A DNA stretch of 64,000 nt from an uncultured Bacilli bacterium. Its GTDB lineage: Bacteria; Bacillota_I; Bacilli_A; RF39; UBA660. Below the pieces are notes generated by a model. It did no database searches. It worked only from the letters and a program-made list of their open reading frames with translations, and was not told the DNA's origin. Below, in pieces: positions 9,493 through 19,101 of this stretch (positions are counted from its first letter, which is position 1; each line of letters opens with the position of its first letter). Both the position numbers and the translations under genes were made by a program. The DNA lies in assembly GCA_944358825.1 (NCBI GenBank), contig CALVSA010000002.1, positions 17,707 to 81,706 of the forward strand. The letters run 5' to 3'.

Positions 9493-10713
9493 ATGACAAT
9501 TGTTGAACTTAATGAAATTCAATTTAGAAATTATTCGAGACTACATAGTAGCAGAAATTATTTACAAACGGTTGAGTATGCAAATATGCAAAAGATTTAT
9601 GGTTTTGATGTTAGCTATGTTGGTTTAGTTGATGTTGATGACAAATTACTCGCGGCCACGATGATTATTAATAGAAAAGTCTTTTCAAAGTTTTTATATG
9701 GAATATCTCCAGGTGGATTTTTAATTGATTATAATAATTATGATTTACTTAAAACTTTTGTTAAGCAATTAAAAAAATATTTATTTAAAAACGATTATAT
9801 TTATTTGCAAGTCGAACCAAGATGTATCATAAATAGTGCTAATAAGAAGATGGGAACTGTTTATAGTGCTACTTCTATTATTAACAATATTAAAAATTTA
9901 GGTGGAATATTTGTTGAGAATAATTTAAATAATAAATATGCAGTTTATTTGAGTGTAAAAGATGAAAAAAGTTTATATAATAATTTTAGTCGTAGTTTAA
10001 GAAGAACTATTCAAGATTGCAAAGATATGGGAATTGCTATTTATAAGGGTGATGAGTCTAATATCGATGAGTTTTATAATTTGATTAAGAAAAAAACTAG
10101 TCAAGAGATTGATTATTATTATAATTTTGCTAATTCGTTTAATAATCCTAATAACATGTTTGAGATTTATTTTGCTCGTCTAGAGCCACAAGCTTATTTA
10201 AATAACGCAACTCTTCTTTTAAATAAAGAACAAAAGAAAAACGAAAAATTAAATAAAAAGATGCAAAATAGAGTTGTAACTAATGGACTTCTTAATCAAA
10301 AAATATCTTCTGATAAAAGAGTTCAAAAATACAATAAGAAGTTAAAAGATGCGATTAATATGTATGATATGTATCCAAATGGAATTATTGTTAGTGCTTG
10401 TGCAATTATTAAGACTAATAACGAAATTACTTTTCTAATTGATGGTTATGAAGAAAAATTAAGAAAAATACGTGCTAGTGTTATGTTAAGATATGAATTA
10501 ATTAAAGAATTTAGAAAGCAAGGTTATTCTAAATTTAATTTAGGTTTCTTACCTAAAGATAAAAGTAATGTTAATTTTAAGCATATTTATGATGTTAGAA
10601 TGAACTTTGGTGCTAATTTTGTAGAATTTCCTGATGCATTTCATCTAGTTGTCAATAAGATTTTATATTCTTTACCTACTTTACCAAAAACACAATCACG
10701 AAGTGATTCGTAA
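9493..10713 (+). CDS. FemAB-family peptidoglycan interpeptide-bridge aminoacyltransferase
   Basis: About 406 aa. Its length and pattern fit the FemX/FemA family. A GGAGG RBS precedes ATG at 9493. Confidence 0.7.
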   Translation: MTIVELNEIQFRNYSRLHSSRNYLQTVEYANMQKIYGFDVSYVGLVDVDDKLLAATMIINRKVFSKFLYGISPGGFLIDYNNYDLLKTFVKQLKKYLFKNDYIYLQVEPRCIINSANKKMGTVYSATSIINNIKNLGGIFVENNLNNKYAVYLSVKDEKSLYNNFSRSLRRTIQDCKDMGIAIYKGDESNIDEFYNLIKKKTSQEIDYYYNFANSFNNPNNMFEIYFARLEPQAYLNNATLLLNKEQKKNEKLNKKMQNRVVTNGLLNQKISSDKRVQKYNKKLKDAINMYDMYPNGIIVSACAIIKTNNEITFLIDGYEEKLRKIRASVMLRYELIKEFRKQGYSKFNLGFLPKDKSNVNFKHIYDVRMNFGANFVEFPDAFHLVVNKILYSLPTLPKTQSRSDS

Positions 10714-10866
10714 TAGTCCAAATATTCATTAATATTTTTCTTGTTTTTAGTATAATTATGATTATTTGTGTTAGAATATAGGTAAGAGGAAAAAATTTAC
10801 GAATGTCAATCATTCTTTATGATTTATTCATAAACTCGTAACTCCGTATTCCTCTTACATTAGGTG

Positions 10867-11553
10867 CTATCTAATTATGGTACCTAATTTTTTTATGACT
10901 CTTTTTTCTATTCTTGATATATATGATTGAGAAATACCTAACATATCCGCGACTTCTTTTTGAGTGAGTTCTTTTTTACCGTTTAAGCCATATCTATATT
11001 CTATTATTTCTTTATCGCGACTGTTTAATTTTTCTATTTCTTCATATAGAATTTTTTTATCATTTTCATCTTCTAAACCTTTAGTTACAATATCACTATC
11101 TGTTCCTAATACATCTTCTAGATGTAATTCATTTCCTTCTGTATCAAAACTAAGACTATCTTCAAAACTTATTTCACCTTTTTTTCTTTTTATTTTACGA
11201 AGATACATTAATATTTCATTATCAATACAACGAGATACATAAGTTGCAAGTTTAATGTTTTTATCTAATTTATAGGTATTTACACCTTTTATTAGTCCAA
11301 TTGTACCAATTGAGACTAAATCTTCTAAATCTACTGTTGTATTTTCATATTTTTTAGCTAAAAATACTACTAATCGAAGATTATGTTCAATTAATTTATT
11401 TCTAGCTTCGATATCACCATTTTGGGATAATTCTACGTATTTTATCTCTTCTTCTTTATCAAGTGGTGGTGGTAATATATCACTACTTCCTACATAAAAA
11501 ATATAATTAAATTTTAAAAATAATTTTTTAATTAATTTGATTAATTTTTTCAT
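10867..11553 (-). CDS. sigE: Sporulation sigma factor sigma-E (pro-sigma-E)
   Basis: YVGSSDILPPPL pro-sequence signature followed by LIEHNLRLVV, LVSIGTIGLIKGV, KLATYVSRCIDNEILMYLRK and MLGISQSYISRIEKR. It is near-collinear with B. subtilis SigE and lies directly downstream of spoIIGA. Confidence 0.85.
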   Translation of the reverse strand: MKKLIKLIKKLFLKFNYIFYVGSSDILPPPLDKEEEIKYVELSQNGDIEARNKLIEHNLRLVVFLAKKYENTTVDLEDLVSIGTIGLIKGVNTYKLDKNIKLATYVSRCIDNEILMYLRKIKRKKGEISFEDSLSFDTEGNELHLEDVLGTDSDIVTKGLEDENDKKILYEEIEKLNSRDKEIIEYRYGLNGKKELTQKEVADMLGISQSYISRIEKRVIKKLGTIIR

Positions 11554-12350
11554 ATGATATCTTCCTCCAATAATTTAGCATTTAAAATACAATCAACTCC
11601 ATCTATTTTTATTTCTTCTTCACTAATTCCGATTAGAAAGTTTTTCTTCATACCTACTTTATCAATATAAACTTTTTCTGGAACAATACATTTTAATAAG
11701 CCATGATTATTTAGGGAATCATAAGGTACTATTAATATGTTTGTATCTAAATAATTGAAATTAATTTGATTTTTATTGACTAAAATAATTGGTCTTTTAA
11801 AATAAGGATCAATTAGTTTATTTCCTGTATCAAGAAAAGCTGTTAATGGTTTAATTGTTCCATCTTTTAGATAAATATCAATATTATAATATTTAGAGTA
11901 ATTATCTTTTAGTTCTTTAGCTTGTTTTACGTAAAGATAAATTATAATTGGACTTAAGAAGATAAGAACACTAAAGTTTAGGCTAAGTCCATTATGGTAA
12001 AATAGCATGCCTTCGTTTTTATAGCAAAGTTCTAGTTCTAACATGTATAAAAAACCTCCTAAAACGATGCTTGATGTATATAGGTAAAAAACATTTTTTA
12101 AAGTATATCTTATATCCTTATATCCAAAGACTATAATTACCATTAAAAAAGCTGTAAATACTTTTAAGAATATTAAGAAAAAAGAATTAAGATTAAATAG
12201 TAAACTTATAATAGAGATACTACCAATTAATGCTCCAATTATTATTTTTTTTAGATTTGTTTGTCTTCTTAAAATGAGCGCTGTTGAAAATATTAAAATT
12301 AAATCAATTAAAAAATTTAATAATAATACTACATCAATATATACTTTCAT
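11550..12350 (-). CDS. spoIIGA: Sigma-E processing peptidase SpoIIGA
   Basis: N-terminal multi-TM domain plus a C-terminal aspartic-protease motif FLDTGNKLIDP. The likely start is MKVYIDVVLLLNF, which is like B. subtilis MKIYLDVIWLLNF. Confidence 0.8.
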   Translation of the reverse strand: MKVYIDVVLLLNFLIDLILIFSTALILRRQTNLKKIIIGALIGSISIISLLFNLNSFFLIFLKVFTAFLMVIIVFGYKDIRYTLKNVFYLYTSSIVLGGFLYMLELELCYKNEGMLFYHNGLSLNFSVLIFLSPIIIYLYVKQAKELKDNYSKYYNIDIYLKDGTIKPLTAFLDTGNKLIDPYFKRPIILVNKNQINFNYLDTNILIVPYDSLNNHGLLKCIVPEKVYIDKVGMKKNFLIGISEEEIKIDGVDCILNAKLLEEDII

Positions 12351-12404
12351 ATAATCACCAAAAAAAGTATATAAAAAAAACAACATAAATTATGTCGTTT
12401 ATTG

Positions 12405-14306
12405 TTATATTTGAAAATTATCTTCCAAAGAAAATTCGACGTTTTCTTCAATCCAATTTTTTCTTGGTTCTACTGCATCACCCATTAATATATTGACACG
12501 TTTTTCTGCTAATGCAAGATCAGTTATATTTATTTTAATTAAACTTCTTTCTTTAGGATCCATAGTTGTTTCCCATAATTGATCAGCATTCATTTCTCCT
12601 AATCCTTTGTAACGTTGAATTTTATAGTTTGTTTTGTTTTTCGTTATTTCTTTTAATTCTTCGTCAGTCCAAGCATATGTATTTTTGTTTCCAAAATTTA
12701 TCTTATATAGTGGTGGGTATGCGATATACAAGTGTCCTTGTTCTATTAAAGGACGCATATAACGATAGAAAAATGTAAGTAATAGACACTGAATATGAGC
12801 ACCATCAACATCAGCATCTGTCATAATGATTACTTTTCCATAGTTTATATCTTTTATATCAAAATCACTGCCGACTCCTGCGCCAATGGTATGGATTAAG
12901 GTATTTATCTCTTCGTTTTTAAATATGTCTTCTATTTTTGCTTTTTCTGTATTTATTACTTTACCACGAAGTGGTAAGACTGCTTGTGTTTTACGATCAC
13001 GGCCTTGTTTAGCAGAACCACCGGCAGAATCTCCTTCGACTATAAATAGTTCACGGGCTAATTTATCTTTTGTTTGAGCAGGAGTTAATTTTCCAGATAA
13101 TATTTTTTCTAATTTTTTACTATCTTTTCCTTTTCTTGTCTCTTCACGAGCTTTACGAGCTGCTTCTCTTGCTTCTTTTCCTTTTTGAGCTTTAGATATA
13201 ATTTTCGTAGCAACCGCTTTATTTTCTTCTAAATAAAATTTTAATTTCTCACTAACTACATTTTCAACAATGCTTCTGGCTATTGGTGTTCCTAATTTCG
13301 ATTTTGTTTGTCCTTCAAATTGCAATAAGTCTTCTGGTATTTGTACACTTATAATAGCAGTTAGTCCTTCACGAACATCACTACCTTCAAAGTTTTTATC
13401 TTTGGCTTTTAATATTCCTTTATCTTTGGCATAGTCATTTAATACTTTAGTAATAGCACTTTTAAACCCTACTTCATGACTTCCTCCATCACTTGTTTTA
13501 ACATTATTTACAAATGAGACAATATTTTCAGCATAACTATCGGTATATTGCATGGCAATTGATACTTTTATTTTATCTTTTTCTGAATTAAAACTAAATA
13601 CTTTATGCAATTTTTCCTTGCCTTCGTTTAAATACTCACAAAAAGCTTCAAGTCCATTATCGTAGCAATATTTTTCACTTCTATTTTCTATCTCATCTAT
13701 TATTTCAATCGTAAGTCCATTTATTAAAAAAGCACATTCTTGCATTCTTTCACAAATGGTTGAGAAGTTAAATATGGTTGATGGAAATATTTCTTTATCA
13801 GGCAAAAATTTAACAGTTGTTCCTGTTTTGTTAGTAGTCCCTATTTTTTTTAGCGGAATACTAACATGGCCACCATTTTCAAATTTTATGTAGTATTCTC
13901 CCCCATCACGTCTTGTTGTAACTTCCATAACGCTACTTAAGGCATTTACTACAGATGCTCCAACACCATGCAAGCCTCCAGAGACTTTATATCCACCTTC
14001 TGAAAACTTTCCACCAGCATGTAATACAGTGTAGATTACTTCTGGAGTTGATTTACCTGATGAATGCATTCCAACTGGTAGTCCACGTCCGTGATCAGTA
14101 ACACTAATGAAACCATCTTTGTGCATTATTATTTTTAAATGATTACCATAGCCATTTAAAGCCTCATCAACGCCATTATCTACTATTTCCCAGATTAAAT
14201 GATGCAAGCCTCTTTTATCAGTAGAACCAATATACATACCTGGACGTTTTCTAACAGCTTCTAATCCTTCTAGTATTTTTATTGAACTCTCATCATATTT
14301 TGCCAT
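12405..14306 (-). CDS. parE: DNA topoisomerase IV subunit B (GHKL ATPase, type IIA topoisomerase)
   Basis: The sequence is closer to ParE than to GyrB. Shared ParE features are FENGG, NGLEAF, SGKLTPA, RKTQAVLPLRGKVINTEKAKIEDIFKNEEINTLIH and KNWIEENVEF. The likely ATG is at 14306, and the track start at 14339 is a GTG. Confidence 0.8.
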   Translation of the reverse strand: MAKYDESSIKILEGLEAVRKRPGMYIGSTDKRGLHHLIWEIVDNGVDEALNGYGNHLKIIMHKDGFISVTDHGRGLPVGMHSSGKSTPEVIYTVLHAGGKFSEGGYKVSGGLHGVGASVVNALSSVMEVTTRRDGGEYYIKFENGGHVSIPLKKIGTTNKTGTTVKFLPDKEIFPSTIFNFSTICERMQECAFLINGLTIEIIDEIENRSEKYCYDNGLEAFCEYLNEGKEKLHKVFSFNSEKDKIKVSIAMQYTDSYAENIVSFVNNVKTSDGGSHEVGFKSAITKVLNDYAKDKGILKAKDKNFEGSDVREGLTAIISVQIPEDLLQFEGQTKSKLGTPIARSIVENVVSEKLKFYLEENKAVATKIISKAQKGKEAREAARKAREETRKGKDSKKLEKILSGKLTPAQTKDKLARELFIVEGDSAGGSAKQGRDRKTQAVLPLRGKVINTEKAKIEDIFKNEEINTLIHTIGAGVGSDFDIKDINYGKVIIMTDADVDGAHIQCLLLTFFYRYMRPLIEQGHLYIAYPPLYKINFGNKNTYAWTDEELKEITKNKTNYKIQRYKGLGEMNADQLWETTMDPKERSLIKINITDLALAEKRVNILMGDAVEPRKNWIEENVEFSLEDNFQI

Positions 14307-14411
14307 ATTATCAACTCTTTTCCTAAATAATTTTATCACAAAAGAAAGTTTGAGGCAAGTTTTGATGTCTAGTTTTTGTCAAAAAAAAATAAATGATTTT
14401 ACGCATTTATT

Positions 14412-15080
14412 TTATAACACTCTTCTAACCGCGACAATTGGCATAATCTGATAATCTGTTACAACTATACCTGTATTAGAATTAAGTGCGTGCACTACTT
14501 GGTTATTTCCAATATATAAAGCAGCATGAATTACTACTCCATCATAACCATGTAATACTAAATCTCCCGGTTGAATATCGCTTATATTAACTGTTCTTCC
14601 AACATAAGCTTGGGAGGCTGCTGTTCTAGGTAAGCTTATACCAAAGTTTTGAAATACTAAACTTGTAAAACCTGAACAATCTGTTCCATTTGTTAGGCTA
14701 TTTCCTCCATATACGTATGGATTTCCTACAAACTGTAAGGCATAATTTACTATTTGGCTAGCTAAACCTGTATTTGTAGAAGTATCACTAGTAACTGTTT
14801 TTGCTTGTATGCTTTCTTTTTTCTTTTTTGCTTCTTCTTCTTGTTGTTTTTTTACTTCTAACTCTTTAGCAGTTTTAATGATATCTTCGCTACTTTTTAC
14901 ACTTGATACTGCACTATCGATTTCATTTAAAATATTTGCAGTTTCAAAACTACTTGCATATGTTATTAATACTTTATTAACGCTTTTTTCTTGATTAACT
15001 AAAAAAACATATCTAGTTGCAAGGATCATTAAAAGCATAATTAAAAATATCATTTTAAACTTTTTATCGATAATAAACAC
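14412..15080 (-). CDS. NlpC/P60-family cell-wall hydrolase with an N-terminal membrane anchor and a coiled-coil region
   Basis: C-terminal NlpC/P60 motifs GTDCSGFTSLVF ... H ... H. Confidence 0.75.
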   Translation of the reverse strand: MFIIDKKFKMIFLIMLLMILATRYVFLVNQEKSVNKVLITYASSFETANILNEIDSAVSSVKSSEDIIKTAKELEVKKQQEEEAKKKKESIQAKTVTSDTSTNTGLASQIVNYALQFVGNPYVYGGNSLTNGTDCSGFTSLVFQNFGISLPRTAASQAYVGRTVNISDIQPGDLVLHGYDGVVIHAALYIGNNQVVHALNSNTGIVVTDYQIMPIVAVRRVL

Positions 15081-15129
15081 TTCAATCTCTCCTTTTTGTA
15101 AGGTGCGATAGTTATTATATCATAGTTAT

Positions 15130-15166
15130 AAAAAAATAGCAAATTTATATACTTATATTTGCTATT
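15130..15166 (-). terminator. Rho-independent terminator after the thioredoxin-membrane fusion gene
   Basis: Perfect 10-bp inverted repeat AATAGCAAAT / ATTTGCTATT with a 12-nt loop and a U-run on the minus-strand transcript. Confidence 0.55.
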
Positions 15167-15199
15167 AAACCCTTATAAGTAAAGGAAAAAATACTTATT

Positions 15200-16339
15200 T
15201 TATATTTTAAAAACTAATAAATTAGGATTCATTATAAAGACTAAACCAAGGATAAATAAAATAAATCCACTAGTTAGTTTAGCTACTACTTTATGTTTTG
15301 ATTTTATTTTATCTACTTTTAATGAAGTAATTATTATTATTAATATAATAAGCTCATCAATTAAAAAGAATAAAATATAAACTAATGTATATAATATTTG
15401 TTCTAATATCGTTACATTATTAATAAATAAAGTCTGATTAAACATAGATACTAATCCAAAAGATGAAGTTAATTCTAATAAATTTAGACTAATTATTAAG
15501 CTAGTTATTCCAATTATGATTAGTCTTTTATTATTTATCTTTCTTTTACTAATAAGTGGTTTTAGACTAAATACACCACCAATTATTATAATTAGACCTA
15601 TTATAAATCTTAATATATCATTACTAGATATTATTGTTGCTAAATTAGGTAATATTATTAATGATATAAAATATATAATACTAGAATTTAAAATAAACGC
15701 TGATCCTAATATTAGCATTCTTTTTTTATCTTCTAAACTAATTAAAGTAGCAATTAAAAATATAAGTATCCATATAGTACAAGGATTAAATCCATCGATA
15801 CTTCCCATGATTAATGCACTAATGGGAAGAGATAAATCATTAGTGTTTATATTTCCTATTAAAGGTAGGCTTATGGTATAATTTCCATAATTTTCTAAAT
15901 AATTATCAATATCAGGATCATTGGCATTTACTTGATAAGTTGGTTTTTCTAAATTTTGTAAATCTGCTACTTTATCTACGTATCCATAATTAGAAAAATA
16001 TTCAATCGCCCCAATGAATTTTCTTTTAGAAGTTTCAGTACTAAAACCACTAAAAGTTTTATTTCCTATAATAGTAAAAGGTACACTTGTAATTTTCGTA
16101 TTATAAATTTCAGATACTTGTGATAATAACATACTATTTTTAGTATCACTAATTTCATATTTATAAACTCTTATATTATCATATCTATCTTCTAGTTCAT
16201 CCAATATTTTTGTTTCTTCTTTACAATGTGGACAACTATTTGAATGAAATAAATAAATATTTACTAAATTTCTACTGTCTGCATCTACATTTGGTATAAG
16301 TATGAATAAACTTAATATAAATATTATTATTTTCTTCAT
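15200..16339 (-). CDS. Thiol-disulfide oxidoreductase: secreted thioredoxin-fold (CPHC) domain fused to a polytopic membrane domain
   Basis: Signal peptide, SNSCPHCKEE CxxC motif, and a C-terminal domain of about 200 aa with 5-6 TM segments. Confidence 0.5.
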   Translation of the reverse strand: MKKIIIFILSLFILIPNVDADSRNLVNIYLFHSNSCPHCKEETKILDELEDRYDNIRVYKYEISDTKNSMLLSQVSEIYNTKITSVPFTIIGNKTFSGFSTETSKRKFIGAIEYFSNYGYVDKVADLQNLEKPTYQVNANDPDIDNYLENYGNYTISLPLIGNINTNDLSLPISALIMGSIDGFNPCTIWILIFLIATLISLEDKKRMLILGSAFILNSSIIYFISLIILPNLATIISSNDILRFIIGLIIIIGGVFSLKPLISKRKINNKRLIIIGITSLIISLNLLELTSSFGLVSMFNQTLFINNVTILEQILYTLVYILFFLIDELIILIIIITSLKVDKIKSKHKVVAKLTSGFILFILGLVFIMNPNLLVFKI

Positions 16340-16343
16340 ATAA

Positions 16344-17468
16344 TCACTTTAAATTAAGTTTTTGATAACATTTATCAAATATTTCTAAAAATTTAATTAT
16401 TTCTTCTTTAGTTGTTTGATAAGATAGACTAATTCTAATAGAAGAAGATGCTAATTTATCATCTTGAGTTAGAGCTTTTATAGGTCTAGATATACTATCT
16501 ATTTTAGAACAAGCACTTTTAGTAGATACATATATATCATCTTCTTCTAGAGCATGAATAAAAGTTTCTGGTTTTATATTTATAATACTAATATTAATAG
16601 TATGTTTAATTGATTTATCAGTACTATTTATATGAACATTGGGATATGTTTTTAATTTATTAATAATTAGTTCATTTAGACTTTTTACTTTTTCATAATT
16701 TTCATCAATTTTATCTATTATTAATTCTAAAGCTTTTTTTAGAGATACAATTAAACCTAATGCTGGAGTTCCACTACGATAAATAGTAGTTGATTTTCCT
16801 CCGTGAATTAATGGTTCTAATTCGATATTTTCTTTTTTTATTAAAATTCCTATTCCTTTTAATCCATAAAATTTATGAGCTGAAATACTAGCTAGATCAA
16901 TATTTGTAAAATCAACTTTTACTTTACCAATTGCTTGAGTACAATCAACATGAAAATAGCACTTGGGATATTTTTTTATTATTTTTCCTATTTCTTCTAC
17001 TGGTTGTCTAATACCTAATTCACTATCTACACATGATATTGAAACTAATAGAGTATCATTAGTTAGTTTATTTTCTAAATCTTCTAAATTAACTGTTCCA
17101 TCTTTATTTAAATCAACGTAATCAATAATAAAACCTAATTTTTCTAAATAATTACAAGTCTCAATAATTGAAGAATGTTCTAATTTAGTTGTAATTATGT
17201 GATTAGCTCTATTTTTATATTTAAAACAAATACCTTTTAAGGCTAAATTATTAGCTTCACTAGCAGATGATGTATAAATTATTTCTTTTGGTTTTATATT
17301 TAAATATTTAGCTATATTCTTGGTTGCATAATCTTCTAGTTCCTTTGATTTTAAACCTAGTTTATGTAGAGAATTACTATTAGCAAAATACTCTTGTGAT
17401 ACTTTAGAGAAAACATCTATTACTTCCCTTTGGGGAGGAGTTGTTGCTGAATAATCTAAATATATCAT
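16344..17468 (-). CDS. Cysteine desulfurase / class V aminotransferase (NifS/IscS-like)
   Basis: 374 aa with the PLP-lysine motif SAHKFYGLKG and a fold-type I pattern. Confidence 0.75.
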   Translation of the reverse strand: MIYLDYSATTPPQREVIDVFSKVSQEYFANSNSLHKLGLKSKELEDYATKNIAKYLNIKPKEIIYTSSASEANNLALKGICFKYKNRANHIITTKLEHSSIIETCNYLEKLGFIIDYVDLNKDGTVNLEDLENKLTNDTLLVSISCVDSELGIRQPVEEIGKIIKKYPKCYFHVDCTQAIGKVKVDFTNIDLASISAHKFYGLKGIGILIKKENIELEPLIHGGKSTTIYRSGTPALGLIVSLKKALELIIDKIDENYEKVKSLNELIINKLKTYPNVHINSTDKSIKHTINISIINIKPETFIHALEEDDIYVSTKSACSKIDSISRPIKALTQDDKLASSSIRISLSYQTTKEEIIKFLEIFDKCYQKLNLK

Positions 17469-17512
17469 AAAAACACCTCTTTTTCTTAACTATTTTATCA
17501 TAAAAGAAAAAA

Positions 17513-17980
17513 TTATAAAACTATTTTTTTTAATAATTTTATAATTTCATTTATAACTTCTTGTTTACACTCCAATCTATTTTTCTTTTCTAATTTTATT
17601 TTTAGCTCGTAATATTTATCTAAATCTTTATCATAAATACTTACATAAACTACATCATTATCAGAATATAAGTTATATTTATCAACTTTATTTAATTTAC
17701 CAGTTATACCAACAGCATAATTAGAATTAGTAAAATTAGCTATAGTATAAGCCATATTATTAGCTACTTCTTGACTATAAACTGAATATTTATCTATTAA
17801 ACTAGCATTTATCTTCATTTTTATTTTAAACTCATTAGAATAAGTTACTGCTCCAAATTTAAAGACTTCACTTGCTCCTTCAATATTAGTAATTTCATTT
17901 GCTAAAGCACCACCTGTACAAGATTCCATGATAGATATTGTTTTGTTTAAGCTAGTTAATTTTTTAACAATCTCTTGCAT
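17513..17980 (-). CDS. CinA C-terminal domain protein (PncC-like NMN amidohydrolase)
   Basis: 155 aa with the CinA_C signature MESCTGGALANEIT. Confidence 0.65.
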   Translation of the reverse strand: MQEIVKKLTSLNKTISIMESCTGGALANEITNIEGASEVFKFGAVTYSNEFKIKMKINASLIDKYSVYSQEVANNMAYTIANFTNSNYAVGITGKLNKVDKYNLYSDNDVVYVSIYDKDLDKYYELKIKLEKKNRLECKQEVINEIIKLLKKIVL

Positions 17981-19005
17981 TATTTATTTAAATCAACCAT
18001 TATTTTAATCGAATTATTAGTATTTGATAATAATCTATCACAAGCATCTTGTGTATCTTCTAGAGAAATTATTTCATCTAAAAATTTTAAGACGTCGATT
18101 TTTTTAGTTGATATTAACTCAATACATCTTATAAATTCTTCTTTAGTATAGGCAATTGAACCAATTATCTTAAGTTCATTCATGACCGCTAGTACTGTTG
18201 GAATAGTAATTGGAGTTGGTGATACTCCTACTAAAACAACGCTTGAGCCTGGTTTAGCAAAAGTAAGGGCACTGCTAACTGCACTAGAATTTCCACAGCA
18301 TTCAATTGTTTTATCAAATGTAAACATATTGTTTTTAACATAATTATTGTATTCTTCTTCATCAGCCACATTTACAAATTCATCAACTACTTCTAATTTT
18401 AAAGCTTTGTTTGCTCTATTTTTATTAGTTTCTAATAAAGTTATCGAACTTGCTCCTGCTAGTTTGGCAAACATGGCACTAACAAGTCCAATTATTCCGC
18501 CTCCTATTATTAGAACTTTATCTCCTATTTCAATATCTGCTAAATTAACAGCGTGCAAGCCAACTGCTGTTGGTTCGACCATGGCTGCTTCTTCATCAGT
18601 TATATTATCATCTAATTTTATGACCATATCACTTCTTAACTTAATTTCTTGGCTTAAAGCTCCTGGATAATCTAGTGATAAACCAACGGCATGTGTCCAA
18701 GTTTCTTTGCAATAATGAATGTTTCCATTTAAACAAGCTTCACAATTTAGACAAGGAGATAATGGTAGAGCTGTTACTCTATCACCTACTTTTAAGTCTG
18801 TTCTATTTCCTGGATCAATTACAGTCCCACTAAATTCGTGTCCCATGATTAAACCAATTGGATTTCCTAATTCAAAATTATGTAGATCTGATCCACATAT
18901 TCCACATTTGCTTACTTTAATTATTACATGGTTATTATCTGCAATAGGTTCATTAGTTGTTGTTAATTCTAATTTCTTTTTATCTTTTATTTTTACACAC
19001 TTCAT
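17980..19005 (-). CDS. Zn-dependent alcohol/polyol dehydrogenase (MDR family; sorbitol/threonine dehydrogenase-like)
   Basis: CGICGSDLH and GHEFSGTV zinc motifs and a GxGxxG Rossmann motif. A GGAGG RBS is present. Confidence 0.8.
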   Translation of the reverse strand: MKCVKIKDKKKLELTTTNEPIADNNHVIIKVSKCGICGSDLHNFELGNPIGLIMGHEFSGTVIDPGNRTDLKVGDRVTALPLSPCLNCEACLNGNIHYCKETWTHAVGLSLDYPGALSQEIKLRSDMVIKLDDNITDEEAAMVEPTAVGLHAVNLADIEIGDKVLIIGGGIIGLVSAMFAKLAGASSITLLETNKNRANKALKLEVVDEFVNVADEEEYNNYVKNNMFTFDKTIECCGNSSAVSSALTFAKPGSSVVLVGVSPTPITIPTVLAVMNELKIIGSIAYTKEEFIRCIELISTKKIDVLKFLDEIISLEDTQDACDRLLSNTNNSIKIMVDLNK

Positions 19006-19016
19006 TTTCTACCTCC

Positions 19017-19098
19017 ATTTTCTTTATTATACTACAATATTTGATGTTAATAAATAAAATTTAGTAATTTATATAAAAAAACTAACAATTAAGTTAGT
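19017..19098. repeat. 82-bp direct repeat copy 1 (terminator hairpin plus -10 promoter), identical to 23620..23701
   Basis: Identical over 82 bp. It contains ACTAAC-aattaa-GTTAGT followed by a T-run on the minus strand, and TAgTATAAT just upstream of the ADH RBS. Confidence 0.9.
19026..19060 (-). promoter_or_regulatory. Putative promoter of the ADH gene inside repeat copy 1
   Basis: Minus-strand TATAAT at 19026..19031, about 15 nt upstream of GGAGGT and the ATG. Confidence 0.4.
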
Positions 19099-19101
19099 AT
19101 T

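Noticed and set aside
12405-14339. Calling this type IIA topoisomerase B subunit gyrB
   Set aside because: Motif-level comparison (FENGG, SGKLTPA, NTEKAKLxDIFKNEEINTxIH, KNWIEENVxF) matches ParE better than GyrB, and no gyrA follows it.
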